Origin: Octopus bimaculoides
Taxonomy: Eukaryota
Length of the DNA: 64,000 nt
Direction of reading: 5' to 3'
NCBI RefSeq assembly: GCF_001194135.2
Contig: NC_068981.1
Coordinates: forward strand, 97,101,250 to 97,165,249
The notes under the pieces are model-generated. The model did not search any database, was not told the DNA's origin, and saw only the letters and a list, made by a program, of their open reading frames with translations. Within the stretch, counting starts at the first letter, position 1, and every line of letters begins with the position of its first letter. Positions 1-62,058 of the stretch are shown here, in pieces. A program made the position numbers and the translations under genes.

Positions 1-13
1 AATATAGTGTATC

Positions 14-241
14 TTAACCCTTTAGCATTCATATTACTCTGTCAAATGTAATGTTTATTTATTTACGTTGCTTTGAATTAATCATGCACTATCTCATAGA
101 TTTGAGATTTCGATGATGGGTCTGTTTGTGTTTAGGATGACATTATAAAATAGGTGTGAAACGCAGGATCTGGCCAGTTTCAACCTAAAACAGGTAGAAT
201 ATTTTGGCTGGTTATGGCCAGTTTAAATACTAAAGAGTTGA
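14..241. mobile_element. piggyBac-like MITE family A (TTAA|CCCTTTAGCATT termini)
   Basis: TTAA-flanked CCCT...AGGG type ends; related copies at 4417-4659, ~15845-16036 (partial), 36552-36727, 49174-49345 (partial) and ~51342-51460 (partial). Confidence 0.65.
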
Positions 242-546
242 TAGATAGGTGACATATTGGCTAAGTGGTTAACTGCTACTACTGAGTAGTTATAACACTG
301 CTGAGTAACTCAGATTATATTGTGCACTGTTGTGGAAAAATATTTTGTCTATTATTCTATCATCATGGAATAGTTCTCCATAGATAATTCTCTCATCATA
401 GTGCTGATATCCATGCTTAGATTATGAAGTCACTGGTTGAAAGTTGTAAATAATGACCTGAATTTGTACCTGAAACTTTTTCTTTTTATTCTCATAAGTT
501 TATAATGGTTTGTATAACTTTGTTGTTGATACATTCTGGATTGCAG

Positions 547-50679
<50,133 letters not shown>

Positions 50680-51641
50680 GTAAGCTAATTGCTCACATTT
50701 CTGACTTGCTTAGTGAATAAATTAAAGCATTAAACAAATAAAAAAGCATAGTGATAGAAGATGCACCCTTTGCCTCAGCTTTGGAATTCTTGAATGTTTG
50801 AAGTGTTTGGTCACAGTTAATGACTTATTAGAAACATTCCTAAGATTTGCTGCTGCTTTATGTTGTAGTATCATGCTTTATGTTGTAGTCTTTATGGATA
50901 GTCTTAGATGAGCACACTTAGTATGAAGCTAGTCTAATGAATGCTTAAGAGCAACCCGTAGATCCAGGATTACAGATTCTTACAATTCACTCTGGTGGGA
51001 TTTATAGTGAAGATAGTATGCAACTGTGGTGTCTGATGGTAGATAATGGGTCATAGAAATATTAGTAGTTGTAGTGGAAAAGAGGAAAATAGAGAGGTGA
51101 GTGAATTTGGGATTATGGTGGAAGAGTAGGAATTATCCTTGACTATACTGCAGTGGAAGTGGATGTTGTTGTTTAACCTCTGATCAAGTAGACCTATAAC
51201 CAAAAGCATTCCAGTTGTGACCATCCTGTCTTTTTCTTATGTGCATAGAATCCAGGACTATGTTATCCAACACATGTTCTTAACCCTTTCGAGACCAGTC
51301 CACCTGGGACAACCCTAGGTTCTATGTTACATCCTTCCTATTTTAACCCTTTAGCATTTAAATCAGCCATATCTGGCCAAAAATATTCTGCCTGTTTTAT
51401 GTTCAAACTGGTCAGATTCAGCCTCTCTCACCAACCCTACAATATCATTCTAAAAAATTAAGATGACAGTATTTGATACTTGAAAATTTAAGTTTGAGGC
51501 TCCCTCATTGGTTCATACTGCAGTAGTTGCTTGTTTAGGTCTAGTGGCATTCCATCTGTCTATACATTCTAGGTTCAATTCTACCAATGTTAACTTTACC
51601 TTTCATCCTTTCAAGGGTTAATGAATAATAAAATAAATACC

Positions 51642-52109
51642 TGTAAGATACTGGGGTTAATGTAGTCAACTAATCCCTTCAAAATATCAGGCCTTGTGCC
51701 TATAGTAGAAAGGATTATAAGACGTATTATAGCTATTGAGTTATACCTTCTCTTTATATATATATATACACATATATATATATATATATTATAATATTAG
51801 GGAATGTAAAATTCCAAACATACAGGAATACTCAATTTAGTAATACCAAATTGAATTTTATAATAAGTAATATATGTATATAAGTATAATTTAGAGAAGA
51901 ACCACCGATATACAATTCAAACTACGAAGCAGACCAATCACTATCCAGAAATCCAGAAAAGTGTACTCTACAAAATACTAATTTAAAAATCTATCAAATC
52001 TAAAAAGAAAAAGTATAAAATCTATAAAATAGTATTTTGTAGAGTATGCTTTTCTGGATGGTGATTGGTCTCCTTCATAGTTTGAATTGTATATCGGTGG
52101 TTCTTCTCT

Positions 52110-52141
<32 letters not shown>

Positions 52142-52864
52142 GGTAAGTGGTAGGTTTGCCTCGATCCTTCAGGGGTCGTCTGAAGCATCCAAGCAACCAG
52201 GGGATGTTTAAATCTGGAGGCACTCCTGGGGAACACCTGTATGGGTACCGTCTTGGGAAGAGGGCGTCCAGAGGCAGGTAATATGTTGCTTAAACCGTAG
52301 TTTATGTATTTACTTGGAGAATGGAGCAACAAATACAAGAAAAAGCATTTCCGTTGGACTAGATAGCCATTGNNNNNNNNNNNNNNNNNNNNNNNNNNNN
52401 NNNNNNNNNNNNNNNNNNNNNNNNNNNNNNNNNNNNNNNNNNNNNNNNNNNNNNNNNNNNNNNNNNNNNNNNNNNNNNNNNNNNNNNNNNNNNNNNNNNN
52501 NNNNNNNNNNNNNNNNNNNNNNNNNNNNNNNNNNNNNNNNNNNNNNNNNNNNNNNNNNNNNNNNNNNNNNNNNNNNNNNNNNNNNNNNNNNNNNNNNNNN
52601 NNNNNNNNNNNNNNNNNNNNNNNNNNNNNNNATTGCCACTTAAATGTGGCTGACCCCTAGGGGTGGATGTTACTGTTGCTTTTAGCCCCAGGAGGACATC
52701 TCTTCCAGCTGGCTTCTCGACACACTTCTGTGTCCTGTTTGTTTTGCCAAGGGAAGTTATCCCTCTCATCGTGATCTGTAGCACATATATTATTTATTAT
52801 AAAATTCAATTTGGTATTACTAAATTGAATATTCCTGTATGTTTGGAATTTTACATTCCCTAAT

Positions 52865-52902
<38 letters not shown>

Positions 52903-53012
52903 AGAAGGGATAACTCAATAGCTATAATACGTCTTATAATCCTTTCTACTATAGGCACAAGGCCTGATATTTTGAAGGGATTAGTTGACTACATTAACCC
53001 CAGTATCTTACA
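51642..53012. repeat. fold-back inverted duplication with a later insertion in the right arm
   Basis: 51642-51877 is inverted at 52783-53012; 51885-51980 is inverted at 52030-52117. Confidence 0.9.
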
Positions 53013-53836
53013 TATATATATATATATATATATTACCATTGATGTTGTTGCTGCAGGTGGTGGGGATGTTAGCAGTGACTATTATAATGGTGGTTAGTTT
53101 AATCCTTGTGGAGGCTGATGTGTTGTGGTGGAGAGGTTTGCTGGTTGTTGTTGTTGATGGTGGTGGTAGGAAGTAGCATGCTGCTTTGAAATAGATCCAA
53201 ACTGTGACCAAATCAACACCTTTATTAATCAAAGTAGAGAAAACTGGGTTAATTAAAAAAATATCTATTGAAACCCAGCAGGTAATCTGATGTTGTTGTT
53301 GGGTGGGTAAAGTAGTAGTGGTGGTAGTGGTGAGTTCTAGGTATAGGGGTGGTGGTGATGGTGACAGTTATGGTAGTGGTTTTGGCAATATGAATGGTAG
53401 TGATGGTGAGTGTGGCACTAACATAGCACAGTGTAGTAGTCTGTGATTGTAAAGGTGTTGGTATTGGTGGTGGGTGCTGGAGGTATTTAATGATGACAAA
53501 AGTTTTGGAAGTAGTTTGGGGGATATAGTTGGTATAGGTGTGGTTATGTAGGAGGAAGTTTGCTTCCCAACCACATGGTTCTGGGTTCAATCTCACTGAG
53601 TGGCACCTTGGGCAAGTGTTTTCTACTTCAGGCCAGCTGAAGCCTTGTGAGTGGATTTGGTAGGTGGAAACTGAAAGAAGCCTGTTGTGTATATGTATGT
53701 ATGTATGTATGTGTGTGTGTATATATATTCCTCTATACACAATCATACAAAAAACCCACCTTTTTTGTATTTATTTTTACTCGCACATATATATATATAT
53801 GTATATATATGCAGGAGTGGCTGTGTGGTAAGTAGC

Positions 53837-55524
53837 TTGCTCCCACACGTGATGCTCCTACAAAACTTTTTTTGAATCTGAACCAGGGTGAGACTACCAC
53901 TACAAATTAGATTTTCTCCTTCTGAATGTGTGTATTTTATAAGAGAAAAACATATAATAATTGAAGCAGAAAAAAGATGGATTTCATACAAACTTATGTT
54001 TGTTTATTATATGACAATAATAAATGAGTTGTATGTGTTATTTTATTTATCAATACAGTCATGGCAATTATATAATACATTTCATTTAAATAGGTAATTT
54101 AGTCATTCTTGAATGTAATGATAGTAATGGCAAATTAAGTTATTGAAGTATTCATGTTGCATTAAGAGTGAATATTTCTTTATAAACAATGTTTTTGTTT
54201 TATTTCGGGGTGCATAAAGCAAAAAAGATTTGCATTTTGTCCCACATGTGATGCTCCTACGTGGAGGCACAATGACCCAGTGGTTAGGGCAGCGGACTTG
54301 CGGTCATAGGATCACGGTTTCGATTCCCAGCCCTGGTGTTGTGAGTGTTTGAGCGAAAACGCCTAAAGCTCCACGAGGCTCTGGCAGGGGATGGTGGCGA
54401 ACCCTGCTGTACTCTTTCACCACAACTTCCTCTCACTCTTTCTACCTGTTTCTGTTGTACCTGTATTTCAAAGGGTCAGCCTTGTCACACACTGTGTCAC
54501 GCTGAATATCCCCGAGAACTACGTTAAAGGTACACGTGTCTGTGGAGTGCTCAGCCACTTGCACGTTAATTTCACGAGCAGGCTGTTCCATTGATCGGAT
54601 CAGCTGGAACCCTCAACGTCGTAAGCGACGGAGTGCCAACAAAACGATGCTCTTACATAAAGTTGACCATGTGAAAAGCATGGTTCTTAAAAGTATGTAA
54701 TAATTGAAGGAGAATTGAAAGATTCAGTTCCAACGTGAATGTAGGTAGAAAAATAGCTATATCATACAGAAGAATAGCTTTATGGAATGCAGGTGACTGT
54801 GCAATGGCACTGAAAAGGCCACAGGTAAAGTAGAACACCCATTTGTCACGGTTTCTTTTGACATTTGAACAGGCTGTATGGCCAAGGAAAATTGAAAGAT
54901 TCAGTTTCTAATCTGAACCAGGGTGAGACTACCCTTACAGATTTAGATTTACTCCTCCTGTGTGTGTGTGTATTTTATAAGAGAAAACATGTAATAATTG
55001 AAGTAGACGAAAGATCAGTGTCCTACACGTTAAATTATTGAAGTATTCATGTTGCATTACGAGTATTTCTTTATAAACAGTATCTTTTGTTTTATTTTGG
55101 GAGTGCATAAGCTGAAAGATTTGCTTTTGCTCCCACACATGATACTCCTATATAAAGTTGGCTATGTGAAGAGCATGGTTCTTCAAGTTGCAACCCAGAA
55201 ACTTTTAGTGTTTGGCCATGAGTTTTATTAATGCTCATGGCAAAAGAAAGTGGGATAGGAAACTGTAACCACTTAAATTAGAATGGGACATTAGATGGTA
55301 TAACTGGTATGCAAGGAACCAAGACGGTGTCACCTTTACCACAACCAGTAAGAATATTTGCCTCACTGCAGTTCCTCATAAGTTTGTGCATAATTAGTGT
55401 TGTACCATTGCATAATTTTTGTTGAGACAAATTAGACAATAGCATAATAGCTTCCCCTGAACCCAGTACTTTCATTTTGCTGGAGAAAGAGACAGAATTT
55501 CGATTTTCTATATATATATATAGA
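53837..55524 (-). mobile_element. Helitron relic: PIF1-type helicase C-terminus and 3' region reiterated up to three times in tandem
   Basis: Reverse translation gives AIMLLSNLSQQKLCNGTTLI...ILTGCGKGDTVLVPCIPVIPSNVPF*FKWLQFPIPLSFAMSINKTHGQTLKVSGLQLEEPCSSHSQLYIGVSCVG; restarts EPCFSHGQLYV at ~54693 and VGASRVGA at 53861. Confidence 0.9.
54261..54645 (+). mobile_element. full-length tRNA-derived SINE with an 11-bp TSD, inserted in the Helitron relic
   Basis: Head GGAGGCACAATGACCCAGTGGTTAGGGCAGCGG...GGTTTCGATTCCCAG (A and B boxes); TSD GATGCTCCTAC 54250-54260 / GATGCTCTTAC 54646-54656; the tail also occurs inverted at ~59650-59852. Confidence 0.88.
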
Positions 55525-55716
55525 AGAACATAATAGCTTCCCCCGAACCATTTAGTTTTGTTTTGCTGGACAAACAAACTAATGGACATAATCTTTATAT
55601 ANNNNNNNNNNNNNNNNNNNNNNNNNNNNNNNNNNNNNNNNNNNNNNNNNNNNNNNNNNNNNNNNNNNNNNNNNNNNNNNNNNNNNNNNNNNNNNNTATA
55701 TATATATATATATATG

Positions 55717-56430
55717 CATAAAGAAATGAAGAAGCCAGTATGCTTTGCTGGATGTGCAATGTCAGTGTGCATGATTGACAGTGTAAGCATCTTGAGAGAA
55801 AAGTTAGGCATAAGAGGAATCAGATGTGTGTAAGAGAGATGACATGTGATGCATATGGATGAGGACAGCTGTGTAAAGAAGTGCTGATCTAACTGTGGAG
55901 AGAACCCGTGGTAGAGATAGTCCCAGGAAGACATGGGACAAGGTGGTGAAGCATGATCTTCAAACTTTGACTGGTGACCGAGACTTTTGGCAATGTGCTG
56001 TGCTTAAGAGGACCTGTCAAGCCAAGTGCACCTGTGCTGGCGGCACATAAAGAACATCTTTTGAATGTTGGGTTTCACGGAGACAAAGTGGCTGAGTTCC
56101 TTTTAAGTGTTGGGCCTCACGGGGGCAATGACCAAGACCTTTGGCATTATGTTGTGTTTGAGAAGACCCATCAAGCCGAGCAAAATCGCAGTAGTGGTAG
56201 ATACCGGTGGTACGTAAATGCACCCCAGCGTCATGCAAATGGCACCCATGCTGGTGGCACATAAAAGCACCCATTACACTCTTGAGATGGTTGGTGTTAG
56301 GAAGTGCGTCCAGCTGTAGAAAACCATGCTACATCAGACTGGAGTCTGGTGCAGCTTTCCAGTGTACCAGCTCAGTGAAACCATCCAGCCTATGCCAGCA
56401 TGGACAACAGACGATAAATGATGATGATAT
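55717..56430 (+). mobile_element. RTE LINE 3' end (same family as 20179-21400)
   Basis: RNEEASMLCWMCNVSV...LREKLGIRGIRC...RKTWDKVVKHDL, then 3' UTR and (GAT)n. Confidence 0.88.
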
Positions 56431-56487
56431 ATATATGATATTTATGTATTATAATTTATATATAAATATATATATATAAAATGTTTA

Positions 56488-56533
<46 letters not shown>

Positions 56534-58260
56534 GATGTTTGTATCTCCTTGTCTTGACATCACATGGTAGTTGAAAATGACTGTCCCTGTCGTACAAGCA
56601 GAGTCATTCATTTCCAATATCCTGCGAGAACATGTCTGGCCATGGGGAAATGTAATCTTGCTTGGGAACAGGCAAGGATTGACGACAGGAAGGGCATCTG
56701 TCCATAGAAAAACGTACCTCAAATAAACTGTCCAACCCATGCAAACATGGAAAAGTGTACATTAAAATAATGATGATTATAGTTGGATTTAGTGGAGGCA
56801 TAGTACAGGTGGGTTGGTGGTGGTAGGAGTGGATAGAGAAAGAAATTCCTCATTATTTTTGCTTCAAACCCCTACTAGATTCAAGGGACTTGTGGTGGTA
56901 GTGGGAGCCGGGCGAATTGTGCTTGTTGTTGTTGTAGTGGAGGCTTTTTATTTGCTTTTCAAATACAGTTAAACAATACTTTGTTGTTATCATTTCCCCT
57001 CAATTCAATTTACAGTCTCTGTTGTCCCCTACACTTCCTTCTCCTGCATTCATTACCATCTCTTTAGTGCTAATTAGTTTTCTATCACTAAATGTTTTTT
57101 GTTCTGTTTACACACACGCATACACACATTGTGTCTGTGTGCGAAAGATTTGTTGTTGAGATAGTTGAGAGTGGCATCACTTATCGTTGTAGTCTATGGT
57201 TACAGTAGTGGTGGTGTTCTTGGTGGTGTTGTTGGTGGTACTGTTATTGTTATTATGGTTGTTGTTGTTTGCTGATGGCATTTGGTGTTGTATGGTTGGC
57301 ATCACTTATTGCGCTATGCAATTGCATTGTTATTTGCACCACTCTGTTCATCTTGGGTGGGCATTGTGGATTGGGAATCTTATATATATAGTTCTTCCTT
57401 TACTGGACAGGTAAGCACACATGTGCATGTACACACACACACACATACGCACACACACACACTGTCTGTCTCTCTCTCTGCCTCTGTTCTGCCACAAGTA
57501 CTTCTTGTAGTATGGATGGAGTACAGCTGCATGCTGATTGCTGTGCTAAGCTAAATCTCAAAACACTGACACTTGGCAGCTAAAACAAAAAGCATAATAA
57601 TAAAATAAAATAAAGATGCAAAAAAAAATATGAAAAGAAAAAAAAGGAAACATTTAGAAAAAAAAAAGAATTTGTGTGACAAAAGGGAGGCAATTCAAAA
57701 ATATACAAGAAAAATTACACAAAAAAATTATTCAGCGAAATTGTTTCCTTTTAAAATCCTCTGGAGACCATGTTAATGTTGATCGGTGATTCTTTTGGTA
57801 TGGAAACATCTGTACATGAGGTTCAGAGAGTGGTGGTTGTAGTAACAGTGGTGGTAGTTGTAGAGGCTGGGTTGTGGTGGTAGTGGTGGTGGTAGTAGTT
57901 GCAGAGGTAGTGATTCTAATAATGGTGGTGGTGGTGGGGTGATGGTAATGTGAGTGATGGTAGTTGGTAGCAGTGGGTGGAGGTGATAGGTTGTGGTGGT
58001 GATGGGATTGTGTGGTGGGAATTGTGGTGGAATTTGTGGTGAGGGTGGTGGATGATATACATTGGAGATAGTGTGGTGGTTGCTTGGGTAGGGGTCCGGA
58101 AGAGAGGGAGAGAGAAAGATAGATGTGATAGTGATGGTGGGATAGGATAGCAGAGGTTTAGGAGTTAGTGGAATTTGGTTTGGTTGATAGGTTGGTTGAT
58201 CAGTAAATATCAGTGGAGTGTATAACAATAGGCTTGGGTTTGTGTGTGTGTATGTATATA

Positions 58261-58327
<67 letters not shown>

Positions 58328-58537
58328 NNNNNNNNNNNNNNNNNNNNNNNNNNNNNNNNNNNNNNNNNNNNNNNNNNNNNNNNNNNNNNNNNNNNNNNNN
58401 NNNNNNNNNNNNNNNNNNNNNNNNNNNNNNNNNNNNNNNNNNNNNNNNNNNNNNNNNNNNNNNNNNNNNNNNNNNNNNNNNNNNNNNNNNNNNNNNNNNN
58501 NNNNNNNNNNNNNNNNNNNNNNNNNNNNNNNNNNNNN

Positions 58538-58595
<58 letters not shown>

Positions 58596-58635
58596 CATAT
58601 GTATATATGTGTGTGTGTATATCTATATATGTATG

Positions 58636-58670
<35 letters not shown>

Positions 58671-59234
58671 CTGTGTGTTTGAAAACAGAACAGAAAAATA
58701 ACTGATTGTATATAAGAACTTATCTATCTCAGTGGAATATGGCTTCTGGGTAAAAGTTCATTGGAGCCCAACTGGCAAAATTAGAAATGGAACATTCTGG
58801 AATTCAGGTTACGATCTCAGTCATTGTTAGCTAATTTAGAAGATTAGGTTAGGGGAGTTGACACTTGGTTTACTGTTTAGCAGAGAGTGTTGGGTTTAGT
58901 TCTGGTAGACAGTGTAGGTTAGAATTTGTCCCCACTGAAACATAGATGTTCTGTTAGAACAAACTATACCACAGTAGTTACCTTGAGAGAAACCTCTCAC
59001 ATTGGCTTTTGGTGCAAAATGCACTCCTGTTTATATTAATAGTGGGGGTGATAAATCCCTGTCATCTCCAGTGCTGAGACCACTAGATCACATGATTCAA
59101 CCTTCTTTGGTCTTGTCAAGGATGGATGCTTGACTGCTAGAGGTAGCAGCGATTCATCTTCCTGCCAGCAATATATATAATAGCAGTGCCAGAACAGGCA
59201 CTGGTGTCATGATTAGCCAGTGAGTTTGTTAAAG

Positions 59235-59357
59235 AATATATATTAGTAACAGAAGCAATATCGAATACTGAACATCCTCCTTAATACAGATCCATGTTTA
59301 AGTAGAGATAAATATTACGTCTCAGCATTAATACTGCTTCTGTTGCTAATATATATT
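59235..59357. repeat. isolated ~36-bp inverted repeat with a ~50-nt spacer
   Basis: AATATATATTAGTAACAGAAGCAATATCGAATACTGA ... TCAGCATTAATACTGCTTCTGTTGCTAATATATATT. Confidence 0.8.
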
Positions 59358-60368
59358 TTTTAGTGTAGGTTAAGTTTCAGTAATGTGTATTGGTTAGCTT
59401 ATTGTCAAATTAAATACTTATTGGGTTGAACATTGGAGGATATGGTTTGTTAGCGAAAATTATATACTTTACTGGTTAGGCAGTTGTAGAGAGTAATAGT
59501 TAAATGGTTGCTATATTGTGTGTTTGTTATATATATATACTGGCACAGATTGCTGGTTATAGTAGTGTGTATGATATTTGTTGGTACACAAAATGTGATA
59601 ATGCATCATGCGTACACATAATCTATACTCCGCAAACAATTACATTATGTTGTTGTTGTTGGCACTCCGTCGTTTACGACATCGAGGGTTCCAGTTGATC
59701 CGACCAACAGAACAGCCTGCTTGTGAAATTAACGTACAAGTGGCTGAGCACTCCACTGACACGTGTACCCTTAACGTAGTTCTCGGGGATATTCAGCGTG
59801 ACACAGTGTGACAAGGCTGACCCTTTGAATTACAGGCACAACAGAAACAGGANNNNNNNNNNNNNNNNNNNNNNNNNNNNNNNNNNNNNNNNNNNNNNNN
59901 NNNNNNNNNNNNNNNNNNNNNNNNNNNNNNNNNNNNNNNNNNNNNNNNNNNNNNNNNNNNNNNNNNNNNNNNNNNNNNNNNNNNNNNNNNNNNNNNNNNN
60001 NNNNNNNNNNNNNNNNNNNNNNNNNNNNNNNNNNNNNNNNNNNNNNNNNNNNNNNNNNNNNNNNNNNNNNNNNNNNNNNNNNNNNNNNNNNNNNNNNNNN
60101 NNNNNNNNNNNNNNNNNNNNNNNNNNNNNNNNNNNNNNNNNNNNNNNNNNNNNNNNNNNNNNNNNNNNNNNNNNNNNNNNNNNNNNNNNNNNNNNNNNNN
60201 NNNNNNNNNNNNNNNNNNNNNNNNNNNNNNNNNNNNNNNNNNNNNNNNNNNNNNNNNNNNNNNNNNNNNNNNNNNNNNNNNNNNNNNNNNNNNNNNNNNN
60301 NNNNNNNNNNNNNNNNNNNNNNNNNNNNNNNNNNNNNNNNNNNNNNNNNNNNNNNNNNNNNNNNNNNN

Positions 60369-60408
<40 letters not shown>

Positions 60409-62021
60409 AAAAGAATACCTGGGGAAAACATGTTGGGTGGGGGGAGTACTTTACTTAGTGGTTAGTACATCCCAGGGCCTGGGATTTGGGAAGGTGGATA
60501 CAATTCTGTTGATGAAAGGAGGACAGGAAAGTGAGTTGAAAGTGGATTAGTGGAAACAGCAAGACACCAGCTAGCTCTGAGGAGCAGAGGCCACAGTAGT
60601 AGTAATGGAAAAAGGAGAGAGAGGAGTCAATATATAGGTGCAGGTGTGGCTGTGTGGTAAGAAGCTTGCCTCCCAACCACATGGCTCTGGGTTCAGTCGT
60701 ACTGCATAGTAGTATCCTGGGCAAGTGTCTTCTGCTATAACCTCAGGCTGTCCAAAGCCTTGCAAGTGGATTTTGTAGACGGAAACTGAAAGAAGCCCAT
60801 TGTGTATATATATATAGATATATTCTTTTATTTGTTTGTTTCAGTCATTTGACTATGGCCATGCTGGAACACTACTTTTAGTCAAACAAATTGACCCAGG
60901 ACTCATTCTTTGTAAACCTAGTACTTATTCTATTGGTCTCTTTTGCTGAACCACTAAGTTATGGGGACATAAACACACTAACGTCGGTTGTCAAGTGATG
61001 GTGGGGGTCAAACACAGACACACAAACATCGTTGTTGTTTAACATCCGCTTTCCATGCAGGCATGGGTTGGATGGTATGACTAAGGGCTGGCAAGCCAGA
61101 AGGCTGCACCAGGCTCCAATCTGATCTGACAAAGTTTCTATAGCTGGATGCCCTTCCTAACGCCAACCACTCTGTAATTTTGGTAAATGTATTTGTTAAA
61201 ATGAGATGTTAGTGTTATTTTCATTTTTGTGTAGTTTAGATGACAGTTTATTCACTGTACCCTTCTTTCAGTTTCTATCTATCAAATTCACTCACAAGGC
61301 TTTGGCCAGCCCGAGGTTATAATAGAAGACACTTGCCCAAGGTGCCATGTGGTGGGATTGAAACCAGAACCATGTGGTTATGTGTGTGTGTTTGTCACTC
61401 CACCATTGCTTGATAACTGATGAATAAAATTGAAAAAATAAAAGCAATAAAACATGAAGACACCATTACCCACTTGCATAACTTGACTAGTACTACACCA
61501 AAGGCCGTGTAAAATAAGGCCCTACAAGTAGCATGCATTCTGCTGGCATAGTTCTCAGGGTCATTGAAGAACACAAGTTACCCCATCACGGCAAAGATTG
61601 GATTTTGATTGAGTTTCCCTATGTTCAAAATCATTCTGGTCATCTTGGACTATATTTCCAATGTATCCTTCTGTTTTAGGATAGTGGAATGTGATTTGAG
61701 GAGTATTTGTTTGCTATTTCTCGCAGTTTGATTGAATGCATAGAAGTCCCTACTCCCTACACCTCAATCATCTGATTGTTCTGTTGTCGAGTGTTTGTAC
61801 TAGTAAACTTACATAACATACCATTTCATAGAAGTTGCCAGGTATATTAATGTAAAAAAAAAACAAAAGATCATTTCATGTCAGACTGCACAAGTGTGAA
61901 GAGAACCTACAATTTGTGTGCATCTATCTGTATATGTTTGTATGTATCAGTTGGATGTGTATGAATGTGTTTTTCTTCAAGGTTATGTACTGCTTGACTC
62001 CTTACACTGTGCGTGTGTGTA

Positions 62022-62058
<37 letters not shown>

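Noticed and set aside
54261-54340. tRNA-like sequence with A and B boxes
   Set aside because: It is the head of a SINE flanked by TSDs; no proper acceptor stem. The same applies to the other SINE heads.
53249-58228. Pro/Thr/His-rich minus-strand ORFs at 53249-53746 and 57773-58228
   Set aside because: Derived from degenerate (GGT)n/(TGG)n low-complexity DNA; no splice or domain support
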